A stretch of 50,487 bases of DNA, taken from assembly GCA_051985755.1 (NCBI GenBank), contig JBPYDO010000380.1, positions 1 through 50,487 on the forward strand. The letters are read 5' to 3'. Position numbers and translations under genes: made by a program. Below the pieces are notes generated by a model that was not told the origin of the DNA, did no database searches, and saw nothing but the letters and a program-made list of their open reading frames with translations. Shown one piece after another: positions 18,842-27,224 of this stretch (the stretch's first letter is position 1; each line of letters starts with the position of its first letter). The stretch comes from Reyranella sp. GTDB taxonomy: Bacteria; Pseudomonadota; Alphaproteobacteria; Reyranellales; Reyranellaceae.

Positions 18842-20752
18842 TCACTCTCCCGAATCGGCGGTCATCCGCTGCCTGACATCGTCCTCGCTCATCGATGCCA
18901 CGAGGGCGCGGACCTCCTGCTCGACGCGCCGGGCGAGATTCGCCGCCGTCTGGGCTTCGAAGAGGTCGCGCAGGCCAAGTGCGACGCCGAACGCCTCGCG
19001 CATGCGCAGCACGAGCTGAGTGCCGAGCAGCGAATGGCCGCCCAGCAAGAAGAAGTTGTCGTCGACGCCGACATGCTCGACCTTCAGAAGATGCTCGATG
19101 ATCGACACGATCCGCTGTTCGGCGTCGGTCGCGGGCGCGCGATAGAGGCTCGCCGGTAGGATGTTCGCGGGGGCGGGCGGCGGCAGGGCCGAACGGTCGA
19201 CCTTGCCGTTGGCAGTCAAGGGCAAAGACGCCACGCGAACGAAGGTGGCGGGCAGCATGTAGGTGGGCAATTGCTGGCCGAGAAAGTCGTGCAGCTCGGC
19301 GGCGCGCGGCGCCTGGCGTTCGGCCGGCACGACATAGGCGATCAGCCGCTTTCCGCGGCCGTCATCGCGCGCAACGATGGCGCTTTGGGCGACGCTCGGA
19401 TGGCGATCCAGCACCGCCGATATCTCGTCCGGCTCGATGCGATGGCCGCGCAGCTTCAGCTGGTTGTCGCAACGGCCGTGGAAGGCGATTTCGCCGTCCA
19501 TCGTCCAAGCGCCGAGGTCGCCGGTGCGGAACAGGCGCTCGGCCAGCGTCGCCGGCTGGGCGCTGCCCGGCAGGAATTTCTCCGCGGTGAGCGGCGGCCG
19601 GTTGCGGTAGCCGCGGCCAACGTTCTCGCCGCTGATATAGATCTCGCCGATCTCGCCCGGGACAGTCGGCTCACCGTCCTCGTCGAGGATGTGGACCGCC
19701 GTGCCGGAGATCGGCCGTCCGATGGTCGGCAGGCCCGCCGCCAGCGGCTCGGGCTGGACCACCCCCGAAGTCGTCACGACCGTGCACTCGGTGGGACCGT
19801 AGTTGTTGACGACGGCGAAGGGCAGGCCGGGCTTGGGGCGCAGGTGCAGCGTGTCGCCGCCGGTCAGCAGGGTGCGCAAGGCTACGCCTTTCGGCCAGTC
19901 GCCGGTGATAAGCGCCTCGGCGAGCGGCGTCGGGACGAACGCGATGGTGATCGCCTCTTCCAGCAGCCACTGCTGCAGATGGCTTGTCGAGGTGCGCACC
20001 GAGTCTGGCGGCAGGTGGAGCGTTGCACCCGCCGCCAGGTACGGCAGCAGCTCCCAGACGACAGCATCGAAACTCAGTCCGGCCAGGCAGCTCGCTTGAT
20101 CGCGCGGCCCCACGCCGAAGGCTTGGCAATGCCAGGAGACGAGATTGAGAAGATTGTTGTGCGTGATCTCCACGCCCTTGGGCTCGCCGGTCGAGCCGGA
20201 GGTGTAGATGATGTAGGCAAGGTCCTCGCCCTCGACGCTGCTCGAACGAAGCGGATTGCCGCGGCGGCGCGCCTCCTTGCGGCCATCGAGCACCGTGCGG
20301 CCGCTCGCCGCGAGCCTTGCCGTCATCGCACCGGCCGCCACCACGGCCACCGCGCCGGCATCGTCCAATACGAAGCGAATCCTCTCCTCCGGCCAGGCGG
20401 GATCGATCGGCAGGAAAGCCGCTCCGGCGCGCAGCGCGGCGAGCACGGCGACGATCTGCTCGAACGAGCGCTCCAGGCAGATGCCGACGACCGTGTTCGC
20501 GTCGGCGCCGGCGGCCTGCAGGTCGGCGGCAAGCGCCTCCGACGCCTGCAACAGCTTGCCGTAGGTCATGCGCCGGGTGCCGGACTTGATTGCGACCGAG
20601 TTCGGCGCGGTCTGTCCGGAGTCGACAATCAACTCGGTGACCAGCCGGCGTGTGCCGCGCATCGGGCTGCTCGATCTGGCGGCAGCATGTAGGAAACTGT
20701 GAGGGATCAACTCAGCCGCCGCTTCTTCCAGCAGCCGATGGATAAGACTCAT
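18842..20752 (-). CDS. Stand-alone NRPS adenylation-thiolation (A-T) didomain (code suggests Leu)
   Basis: YTSGSTGEPKG, FDAVVWE, NNYGPTE, FRTGD and NGKVDR; PCP motif FFLLGGHSL. ATG 20752 is coupled to the upstream stop (a start at 20662 is also possible). Pocket read by eye: DAWFLGNVVK. Confidence 0.92.
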   Translation of the reverse strand: MSLIHRLLEEAAAELIPHSFLHAAARSSSPMRGTRRLVTELIVDSGQTAPNSVAIKSGTRRMTYGKLLQASEALAADLQAAGADANTVVGICLERSFEQIVAVLAALRAGAAFLPIDPAWPEERIRFVLDDAGAVAVVAAGAMTARLAASGRTVLDGRKEARRRGNPLRSSSVEGEDLAYIIYTSGSTGEPKGVEITHNNLLNLVSWHCQAFGVGPRDQASCLAGLSFDAVVWELLPYLAAGATLHLPPDSVRTSTSHLQQWLLEEAITIAFVPTPLAEALITGDWPKGVALRTLLTGGDTLHLRPKPGLPFAVVNNYGPTECTVVTTSGVVQPEPLAAGLPTIGRPISGTAVHILDEDGEPTVPGEIGEIYISGENVGRGYRNRPPLTAEKFLPGSAQPATLAERLFRTGDLGAWTMDGEIAFHGRCDNQLKLRGHRIEPDEISAVLDRHPSVAQSAIVARDDGRGKRLIAYVVPAERQAPRAAELHDFLGQQLPTYMLPATFVRVASLPLTANGKVDRSALPPPAPANILPASLYRAPATDAEQRIVSIIEHLLKVEHVGVDDNFFLLGGHSLLGTQLVLRMREAFGVALGLRDLFEAQTAANLARRVEQEVRALVASMSEDDVRQRMTADSGE

Positions 20753-22086
20753 GGCTCGCCTCCCGAAGGTGTTGAGGCTTCGCTGGCGCGGACGCGATGC
20801 GCAGACAACGTGTCCACGCTCGCGAACGTGCTGCGACAAAAGTTCGTCTGTGCAACTACGGAATTTCGCCTCTCGGTGGTGGTCGACGTTCTTGCGCGGG
20901 CATACGCAAGGTGCCGGGCGAGCCGACGCGCGGTGAACTTCGCTCCATAGGCAAACCGCGCTACCGGCCCGAAGTTCAGCGCCGAGATCGGCCCGACGAA
21001 GTGCAGACCCGGCACTGTGCTTTCGAATTGCGATGACAGCAGCGGCGTCCTCTCGAACAGAGAGAGCCTCGCCATCAGCACGGGATCGAGGAAGCCGAGC
21101 CGCCGTGCGTCCGGCCGATAGCCCGTTGCTGCAACGATGTGGTCGGTATTGACGATTGTGTTGCCGCCGTCCGGCGTCGCCAGGCACAACTGGATCCGGC
21201 TGCCCGCACACTCGGCCCGCAGCAGCCGATGGCCCGATAACAACGGGAAGCGGCCGATGACTCGCTCGGCCATGTACCAGCCGCCGGCGGGACCGAGGTG
21301 ATTGCTTACGATCCTGAGTCGCCGCGCGTCCGACAGATGGCGAAAGGCGAGCGGCGCATGGACGTAGGCCCATGAGCGCCAGGATGGGCCGATCCCGGTC
21401 ATCGGTTCGCGCAGCCGGTCGGTGAGGGGGCGCGGCAGGCGCATGCGGGTATGGATTTCTAGGCGCGGACTGCGGGTCACCAGGCGGACGACCGCGCCCT
21501 GCTCGTGCAGCAGCGCGGCAATGTCGATTGCCGAGGCGCCGCCGCCCAGCACGGTCACGTCCTTGTTCCGAAAGGCGGCGAGGTCGTGGTGCGCCGAGCT
21601 GTGCGAGACGAGATCCGACGGCAAGTGACCGAGCTCATCCGGCAAATGGGCGAAGGCGCCGATCCCGACAGCGACGACGACACGACGGGCCTGCAGGGCC
21701 TCGCCGTCGTCGAGCTCGAGGCTGAAGCCTGCGCTGGCCGGCCGCACGGCGATGACCGACTTTTGCTCCAGGTGCGGCACCAACCGGCGCTGGAATGCGA
21801 GCCCATACTGGCAGAAGGTCTTGAGCGAAACCGGCACGCCGAGGGCGCTGTAGGGCAGGTCGTTCTCAGCGCAGTAGCGGCTGAGCGTGAACTGACCCTT
21901 GTGGTCGTACAGGCAGGAGGCGAAGGGCTCCGACTTCAGCAACATGTCCTTGGGCATGTGCTGGCGCCAGAATTGCAAGGGCACGCCGAAGATCCGGTGC
22001 TCGACGCCACGGCCGGCAAGTTGCGCCGCAATCGACAGGCCGTAGGGACCCGCTCCCACTATTGCGACATCGGTCACCGCTGACAT
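20749..22086 (-). CDS. FAD/NAD(P)-dependent oxidoreductase (flavin monooxygenase/pyridine nucleotide-disulfide fold)
   Basis: VGAGPYG (FAD), LGGGASA (NAD(P)H), ATGY and PGLHFVG; no redox CxxC seen. Confidence 0.85.
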   Translation of the reverse strand: MSAVTDVAIVGAGPYGLSIAAQLAGRGVEHRIFGVPLQFWRQHMPKDMLLKSEPFASCLYDHKGQFTLSRYCAENDLPYSALGVPVSLKTFCQYGLAFQRRLVPHLEQKSVIAVRPASAGFSLELDDGEALQARRVVVAVGIGAFAHLPDELGHLPSDLVSHSSAHHDLAAFRNKDVTVLGGGASAIDIAALLHEQGAVVRLVTRSPRLEIHTRMRLPRPLTDRLREPMTGIGPSWRSWAYVHAPLAFRHLSDARRLRIVSNHLGPAGGWYMAERVIGRFPLLSGHRLLRAECAGSRIQLCLATPDGGNTIVNTDHIVAATGYRPDARRLGFLDPVLMARLSLFERTPLLSSQFESTVPGLHFVGPISALNFGPVARFAYGAKFTARRLARHLAYARARTSTTTERRNSVVAQTNFCRSTFASVDTLSAHRVRASEASTPSGGEP

Positions 22087-22129
22087 CTTGGTTTCCTCCT
22101 GTTCCGTCCTGACAACAAAATCTGCGGGC

Positions 22130-23491
22130 TCACCTCATCGGTTTAGCGGCATCGCCGAGAACGCCGGCCGGCGGCGTCGCCGGGATGATCGCTTGCGCCG
22201 GGATGATCGTAGGTCGCCGTCGCAGGCGCCGCCGGGCCTCGGTCATCCGCCGACGCATGACGTCGAGCCAGGCCGGCGGCTCCATGGCCACCGGTGTTCG
22301 GTAGGCGAGAACGAATTCGGGCGATTGCCAGGGCACGTCGTGATGCGCCGAGGTGAGCCAGGCGCTCGCCGGGTCGCGCCAGCTCTCCTGCGGGAACAAC
22401 GCCACGATGCGCGAGCCGACGGTCGGCAGCACGCGCCGGCGACAGGGGGCGTCGCCGAATGCCTCTGCGAGAGCGCCGATCATGTCCGACCGGCTGTCGA
22501 TCGCGATGTGGCAGATCTGCGTGGGACGCGCGTTCATCTCGATCAGGAACGGCCGGCCGCCGGCGGCCTCCAGGACGAAGTCGAACCCGACGAGGCCGCA
22601 CAGGCCCAGTCGCCGGACCATGCGCAGGGTGGCGATGCTCATGCCGGGCGAGTCGATCAGGCGCACCACTGTGGCGGGGCTGGTGGCGTCGGCGGTCTCG
22701 AGCACCTCGACGCTCAATCCGGCAAGGACTTCACCCCGCCAGCAGGCGACGGCGCGGTTGGCCGGCCGTCCTTCGACGTACTGCTGCAGGCAGATTGCGG
22801 GCGGTCGCCGCCACAGGCGATCGAGGAAGGCAAGGTCCAGCTTCTTGACCGTCTGCTTGACACCTGACAGCGGGCCGGCAGCGGCGCGCAACTCCGCGAA
22901 GGCGCGCACCGCCTCCTCGACGTCGTGGACGATGCGCACGCCCTGTCCGCCAAAGCTACGGTCGCGCTTCAGGACCAGCGGGAAGGTCGCCTTTGCGGCG
23001 CGCTGCCGTAGCTCGGCCGCGCTGCCGACGATCGACGTCGCGGGCACGGTCAGGCCCTCCGATCGGGCCAGCGACACGAACCGGCTCTTCTCGTAGCCGA
23101 ACACGAATGACCACGCCGCGCCGAGCGACCTCTCGATCAGTTCGGCCATGCCGTGCGGGTCGCGACCGGCGCCATGCATGGCGCGGGCGTAGAGCCGGCG
23201 CATGAGATCGATCGCGAGCTCGTCTCCCGGAATGATGAGGCTGGGCCCGAGGCGGACGACAGAACGAGCGATGCTCGCTATCGCCTCGCCTCGGGTGCGC
23301 CCGAGGGGGCTGGAGGAAAGCCCGCTCAGCCGATGGGCGGCATGATCTTCGGGCGCAACCACATGAACGCAAAAGCCGCCTTCGGCCAGCGCCAGGCAGA
23401 GCCGCGTCGTTGAGGGCCAGTGGATCGTCGTGACGACGACCACAAATGGCCGGACGCTATCGCTCTCCTCGGCGTCTAACGGCGGTTGCAT
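22130..23491 (-). CDS. ATP-grasp domain protein (putative amide/carboxylate-amine ligase)
   Basis: EKSRF, FPLVLKRDRSFGGQGVRIV, LQQYVEG, GFDF and FLIEMNAR. The start is uncertain (ATG 23491 chosen); the 704-aa ORF upstream of this looks non-coding or relic. Confidence 0.82.
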   Translation of the reverse strand: MQPPLDAEESDSVRPFVVVVTTIHWPSTTRLCLALAEGGFCVHVVAPEDHAAHRLSGLSSSPLGRTRGEAIASIARSVVRLGPSLIIPGDELAIDLMRRLYARAMHGAGRDPHGMAELIERSLGAAWSFVFGYEKSRFVSLARSEGLTVPATSIVGSAAELRQRAAKATFPLVLKRDRSFGGQGVRIVHDVEEAVRAFAELRAAAGPLSGVKQTVKKLDLAFLDRLWRRPPAICLQQYVEGRPANRAVACWRGEVLAGLSVEVLETADATSPATVVRLIDSPGMSIATLRMVRRLGLCGLVGFDFVLEAAGGRPFLIEMNARPTQICHIAIDSRSDMIGALAEAFGDAPCRRRVLPTVGSRIVALFPQESWRDPASAWLTSAHHDVPWQSPEFVLAYRTPVAMEPPAWLDVMRRRMTEARRRLRRRPTIIPAQAIIPATPPAGVLGDAAKPMR

Positions 23492-23733
23492 CAGTCTCGC
23501 GCGCCTCCCGTACTCTGGGTTGTTCAGGTGGAACGCAGCAACACTCGACACTCGACCAACGCACCCTCGCCCATCGTTAAATTTGGCTGATCTGCTGCGC
23601 AGCAGCTTGTGACCAGAGTGGAGCGCCTTGTGACCAAACGGGGCTGCTTGTTTGGAATTTCGTGGCTCACTCGGTGCTGCGGCGAGGGGGCGCCGGCCGC
23701 TGCAGTGCAGCGTAAGGTGAGCGTCGCGTGGTT

Positions 23734-23769
23734 TCCTCGCCGCCGGTTTCTTGCGACCGGCGGCGAGGA
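23734..23769. terminator. 14-bp perfect GC hairpin, probably the terminator of the former degP-like gene
   Basis: TCCTCGCCGCCGGT-TTCTTGCG-ACCGGCGGCGAGGA, downstream (minus strand) of the DegP relic. Confidence 0.55.
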
Positions 23770-23912
23770 GGGGGTGGGTTGACGGGAGGCTCAGTCCAGC
23801 AACCCGTTGCCGCGATCCGGAGGACCGGAAAGGCAGGCAAAGGGGACAACGCGCGGACAAGAAGGGCGCCGCGGTGACCAAATTGTGCGACGTCACCTTT
23901 GTGTGAGGCCGA

Positions 23913-24190
23913 CTACGCCGCTTTTTCGGAGAGACGGCGACGAAGCGCGTCATGCCGCGCGCGTCCACTACGGCCGGCGTCACCTTGATGGCGAGGTCGG
24001 AAAAGTCGTGCATAGGTTCGCTGGCAACCGCGGATTGTACCACTGTCGACGGGACGAGCACGGCGGAGGCGGCAAGCGCCGTCGTCGCTGCCAGCTCGCC
24101 CAGAAGCCGGCTTGTCGGTGCGGCCGCAACATTGAAAATTTGTATAGCTCGCGCGCCGACTCGCAGAGCAATGATCTGGATGGATAAACG
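23913..24190 (-). pseudogene. Internally deleted Do/DegP-family serine protease relic
   Basis: Signal-like ATTALAASAVLVP...AVA plus DFSDLAIKVTPAVV (Do-family N-terminus), joined directly to DARGMTRFVAV (resembles the PDZ2 C-terminus). Protease and PDZ cores are absent. Confidence 0.55.
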
Positions 24191-24308
24191 CGCGGCATGC
24201 ACGCCCACCAGGGCGCGGCCATCAAAACATCCAAACCTCGGCAAGGAGTTGCCAACATCGTCTCCTACCTCGGCATGGGTTTCGGGGAGTCTTTCGATGG
24301 AGGATACG

Positions 24309-24638
24309 ATGATCCCTCGTCTGGCCTTCCTGACAGTCGCGATGATCGGCGTCGCAGGGCTTGCTTATGCCCAGGGGACCACGACAACGCCGGCGCCAAC
24401 GCCGGCACAGACGCAGCAAAAGACCGTGCAGCAGGCCAAGTCGACCGCGACTCCGGCCCCTACGAAGAAGAACAATACGCATCGAATGCAGGCTCAGACG
24501 TGCGGCATGCACCAGACCGTGGCGATGACGGACGAGTATGGCTTCAAGTACGACAGCCGCGGCGACAGGCTCAACGCTGCGGGATGCGTGATCCCACCGC
24601 CGCATTCGCGGCCGGGCGCGAAGGTCATTCAGAATTGA
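24309..24638 (+). CDS. Small secreted hypothetical protein (109 aa, two Cys)
   Basis: GGAGGA RBS; signal peptide ending AYA-Q; Thr/Pro/Gln-rich linker; C-terminal C...DEYGFKYDSRGDRLNAAGC. Confidence 0.7.
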   Translation: MIPRLAFLTVAMIGVAGLAYAQGTTTTPAPTPAQTQQKTVQQAKSTATPAPTKKNNTHRMQAQTCGMHQTVAMTDEYGFKYDSRGDRLNAAGCVIPPPHSRPGAKVIQN

Positions 24639-24642
24639 CCGG

Positions 24643-25038
24643 ATGACCGACCGACGCTTTGTGCTTTGGATGGCGCTTGCCGGCATCGCGGCTTTTTCTG
24701 CCGCGCCGGCATTCGCCTTCCAGAGCGGCACCTTCGACGCCAAGAGCTTCGCCGCGGCGCAGGCTGCCGGCAAACCGATCCTGATCGAGGTTACCGCTCC
24801 GTGGTGTCCGATCTGCAAGGCGCAGAAGAAAATCCTTTCGCGCCTTGCGCGTGATCCCAAGTTCGCGACCCTGGTCGATCTCCACATAGACTTCGACAGC
24901 CAGAAGGACCTGCTGCGCCGCTTCGGCGTATCGATGCAAAGCACGCTGATCTCCTTCAAGGGTGCGAAGGAAGTAGGCCGCTCGACCGGCGATACCGACG
25001 CTTCGTCGATCGAGGCGCAACTCGAGAAGTCGCTCTAG
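24643..25038 (+). CDS. Exported thioredoxin-family protein
   Basis: Signal peptide (RR...AFA) and APWCPIC active site. Confidence 0.9.
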   Translation: MTDRRFVLWMALAGIAAFSAAPAFAFQSGTFDAKSFAAAQAAGKPILIEVTAPWCPICKAQKKILSRLARDPKFATLVDLHIDFDSQKDLLRRFGVSMQSTLISFKGAKEVGRSTGDTDASSIEAQLEKSL

Positions 25039-25046
25039 GGGCGAAA

Positions 25047-25763
25047 GTGGCTGGCTCGGCGGGACTCGCCTTTCTCGCCGGGCTGCTGTCGACGCTGTCA
25101 CCTTGCGTGCTGCCGCTCATCCCGCTCGTGCTGGGAGCGGCACTGTCGGAGCACAGGCTCGGACCGGCGGCACTGGCCGCCGGTGTCGCTCTGTCGTTCA
25201 CCGCCATCGGGCTGTTCGTCGCCACGATCGGTTTCGCCATCGGACTCGACACCGGCCTCTTCCGCAGCGTCGGTGCGATCCTGCTGGTGGCGCTGGGCAC
25301 GATGCTGCTGGTCCCCGGACTTCAGACTCGCCTGGCGGTGGCCCTTGGTCCGGCGGGCAATTGGGTTGAGAGTCACTTCGGGGGCCCGACGAGCGGCCTT
25401 GCCGGCCAATTCTGCGTCGGGTTGTTGCTCGGTTCGGTGTGGGGACCATGCGTTGGCCCGACCCTCGGCGCGGCGTCGATACTGGCTGCCAAAGAGCAGA
25501 ACCTGGCCGAGGTGGCGCTCACCATGCTGATCTTTGGCATCGGGGCATCGCTGCCCCTGGTCCTGCTCGGCCTGCTTTCGCGGGAGTCGATGCAGCGCCT
25601 GCGTGGCCGCCTGATCGCCACGGGCGGCGGCGCCAAGATCGCCCTCGCTGTCATCCTGATCGTGCTTGGCCTGCTCATTCTGAGCGGCCTGGATCGGCGC
25701 GCCGAAGCCTATGCCGTCGGCGTTGCGCCGGACTGGCTGATCAGCCTGACGACGCGATTCTAG
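25047..25763 (+). CDS. ccdA: CcdA/DsbD-family thiol-disulfide membrane transporter
   Basis: LSPCVLPLIP and WGPCVGPTL; about 6 transmembrane segments. Confidence 0.88.
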   Translation: MAGSAGLAFLAGLLSTLSPCVLPLIPLVLGAALSEHRLGPAALAAGVALSFTAIGLFVATIGFAIGLDTGLFRSVGAILLVALGTMLLVPGLQTRLAVALGPAGNWVESHFGGPTSGLAGQFCVGLLLGSVWGPCVGPTLGAASILAAKEQNLAEVALTMLIFGIGASLPLVLLGLLSRESMQRLRGRLIATGGGAKIALAVILIVLGLLILSGLDRRAEAYAVGVAPDWLISLTTRF

Positions 25764-25839
25764 TGCCAAAAAGCGCCCAATTTGTCGGCCATTCGTCAGG
25801 GATCGTCGGGGAGAAGTCACCAAACCAAGGAGACTTCAC

Positions 25840-27060
25840 ATGACGACCAGCAGACGCTCATTCCTGATCGGCGCGGCGGCGGCACCCGTGCTGCTTGCCC
25901 GATCGCCAGCCTGGGCCAAAGGCACCTACGACCCAGGCGTGACGGACACCTGGATCAAGCTCGGCAACACCAATCCCTACAGCGGCCCGGCGTCGTCCTA
26001 CAGCACGCTCGGGCACTGCGAGACGGCCTACTGGAAGATGGTCAACGACAAGGGCGGCATCAACGGCCGCAAGATCGAGTTCATCAGCCTGGACGACGGC
26101 TACTCACCGCCCAAGACGGTCGAGGTGGTCCGCCAGTTGGTCGAGGAAGACAAGGTGTTCAGCTGCTTCAACACGCTCGGCACGCCAACCAACACGGCGG
26201 TCCACAAATACCTGAATCACGCGAAGGTACCGCAGCTCTATGTCGCCTCCGGCGCGTCGAAGTGGGGCGACCCCAAGCACTTTCCCTGGACGATGGGCTT
26301 CCAGCCGGACTACCGCACCGAGGCCATCATCTATGCCAAGCACATCATGGCCAACGTCAAGAACCCCAAGATCGCCGTGCTCTACCAGAACGACGACTAC
26401 GGCAAGGACTACTTCAAGGGCCTGAAGGAAGGGCTCGGCAAGGACGCCAGCCGGATCGTCAAGGAAGTCACCTACGAGACCACCGATCCGACGGTCGATT
26501 CGCAGACGATCGAGGCCTCGAATTCCGGCGCCAACGTCTATTTCATCGTCGCCATCCCCAAGTTCGCCGCCCAGACCATCCGCAAGTCGGCGGCGCTGGG
26601 ATGGAAGCCGGTCAAGTACTTGAATAACGTCTCCTCGTCGGTCACCGCGACTATGAAGCCGGCGGGCTTCGACAACTCTGAGGGGACGATCACCGGTCTC
26701 TACCTGATGGATCCCACGGATCATCAGTGGGACAACGACAAGGACATGAAGACCTGGCGAGCCTTCATGGCGAAGTACATGCCCGACGCCAACACGGCCG
26801 ACGGCAACTACGCCTACGCCTACGCCGTCTCGTACCTGATGGAGCAGACACTCAAGAAGTGTGGCGATGAACTGACGCGCGCCAACCTGATGAAGCAGGC
26901 GGCAAGCTTCAAAAATTTCAAGGTGCCGCTGCTGTTGCCCGGTATCAGCGTCAACACTAGCCCGACCGACTTCTATCCCATCCAGGCGATCAAGTTGGCC
27001 CGTTTCACCAAGGGGATATGGAAGCTGTTCGGCGACGTGCTGTCGCATGAGACCACCTGA
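25840..27060 (+). CDS. ABC transporter substrate-binding protein, branched-chain amino acid (LivJ-like) family
   Basis: Tat signal SRRSFL; motifs PYSGPAS, GGINGRKI, DDGYSPPKT and YQNDDYGKDY; AAGGAG RBS. Confidence 0.9.
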   Translation: MTTSRRSFLIGAAAAPVLLARSPAWAKGTYDPGVTDTWIKLGNTNPYSGPASSYSTLGHCETAYWKMVNDKGGINGRKIEFISLDDGYSPPKTVEVVRQLVEEDKVFSCFNTLGTPTNTAVHKYLNHAKVPQLYVASGASKWGDPKHFPWTMGFQPDYRTEAIIYAKHIMANVKNPKIAVLYQNDDYGKDYFKGLKEGLGKDASRIVKEVTYETTDPTVDSQTIEASNSGANVYFIVAIPKFAAQTIRKSAALGWKPVKYLNNVSSSVTATMKPAGFDNSEGTITGLYLMDPTDHQWDNDKDMKTWRAFMAKYMPDANTADGNYAYAYAVSYLMEQTLKKCGDELTRANLMKQAASFKNFKVPLLLPGISVNTSPTDFYPIQAIKLARFTKGIWKLFGDVLSHETT

Positions 27061-27188
27061 GGCGGTCGCCATCAGGGCCGCTGCCTTGCGCGGCGGGGCT
27101 GCCGGCGGCCATCGGCGATGAGGGGACGTGCCTCACGACGCGTCCTTACACCGCACGGCCGCCGCCCGCCGCGCAGGCATTGCTCTGG

Positions 27189-27224
27189 GTGATGCCGCCC
27201 GACACTGTGATGCCGCCCGACACT
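27189..27224 (+). repeat. Tandem 18-bp direct duplication GTGATGCCGCCCGACACT x2
   Basis: Two exact adjacent copies covering the petA start region (VMPPDT VMPPDT). Confidence 0.9.

Noticed and set aside
20753-21373. N-terminal extensions given by the ORF track (A-T to 21373, NRPS to 17764, FDH alpha from 6755, cobT to 34178, cobS from 32676, CMD from 31828)
   Set aside because: Each overlaps a neighbouring real gene. Internal starts with an RBS, translational coupling or a family-typical N-terminus fit better.
12689-24190. NRPS cluster as a mobile element
   Set aside because: No transposase, integrase or flanking direct repeats were seen. Horizontal origin remains possible but would need GC/codon analysis and comparative genomics.
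23492-24244. N-terminal 250 aa of the 704-aa ORF read as a real DegP-ATP-grasp fusion
   Set aside because: The segment crosses a terminator-like hairpin and operator-like repeats and does not have protein-like composition. It is better explained as a relic plus an intergenic region that happens to stay in frame.
27189-27224. Possible CRISPR repeat
   Set aside because: Only two adjacent 18-bp copies, with no spacers and no cas genes.
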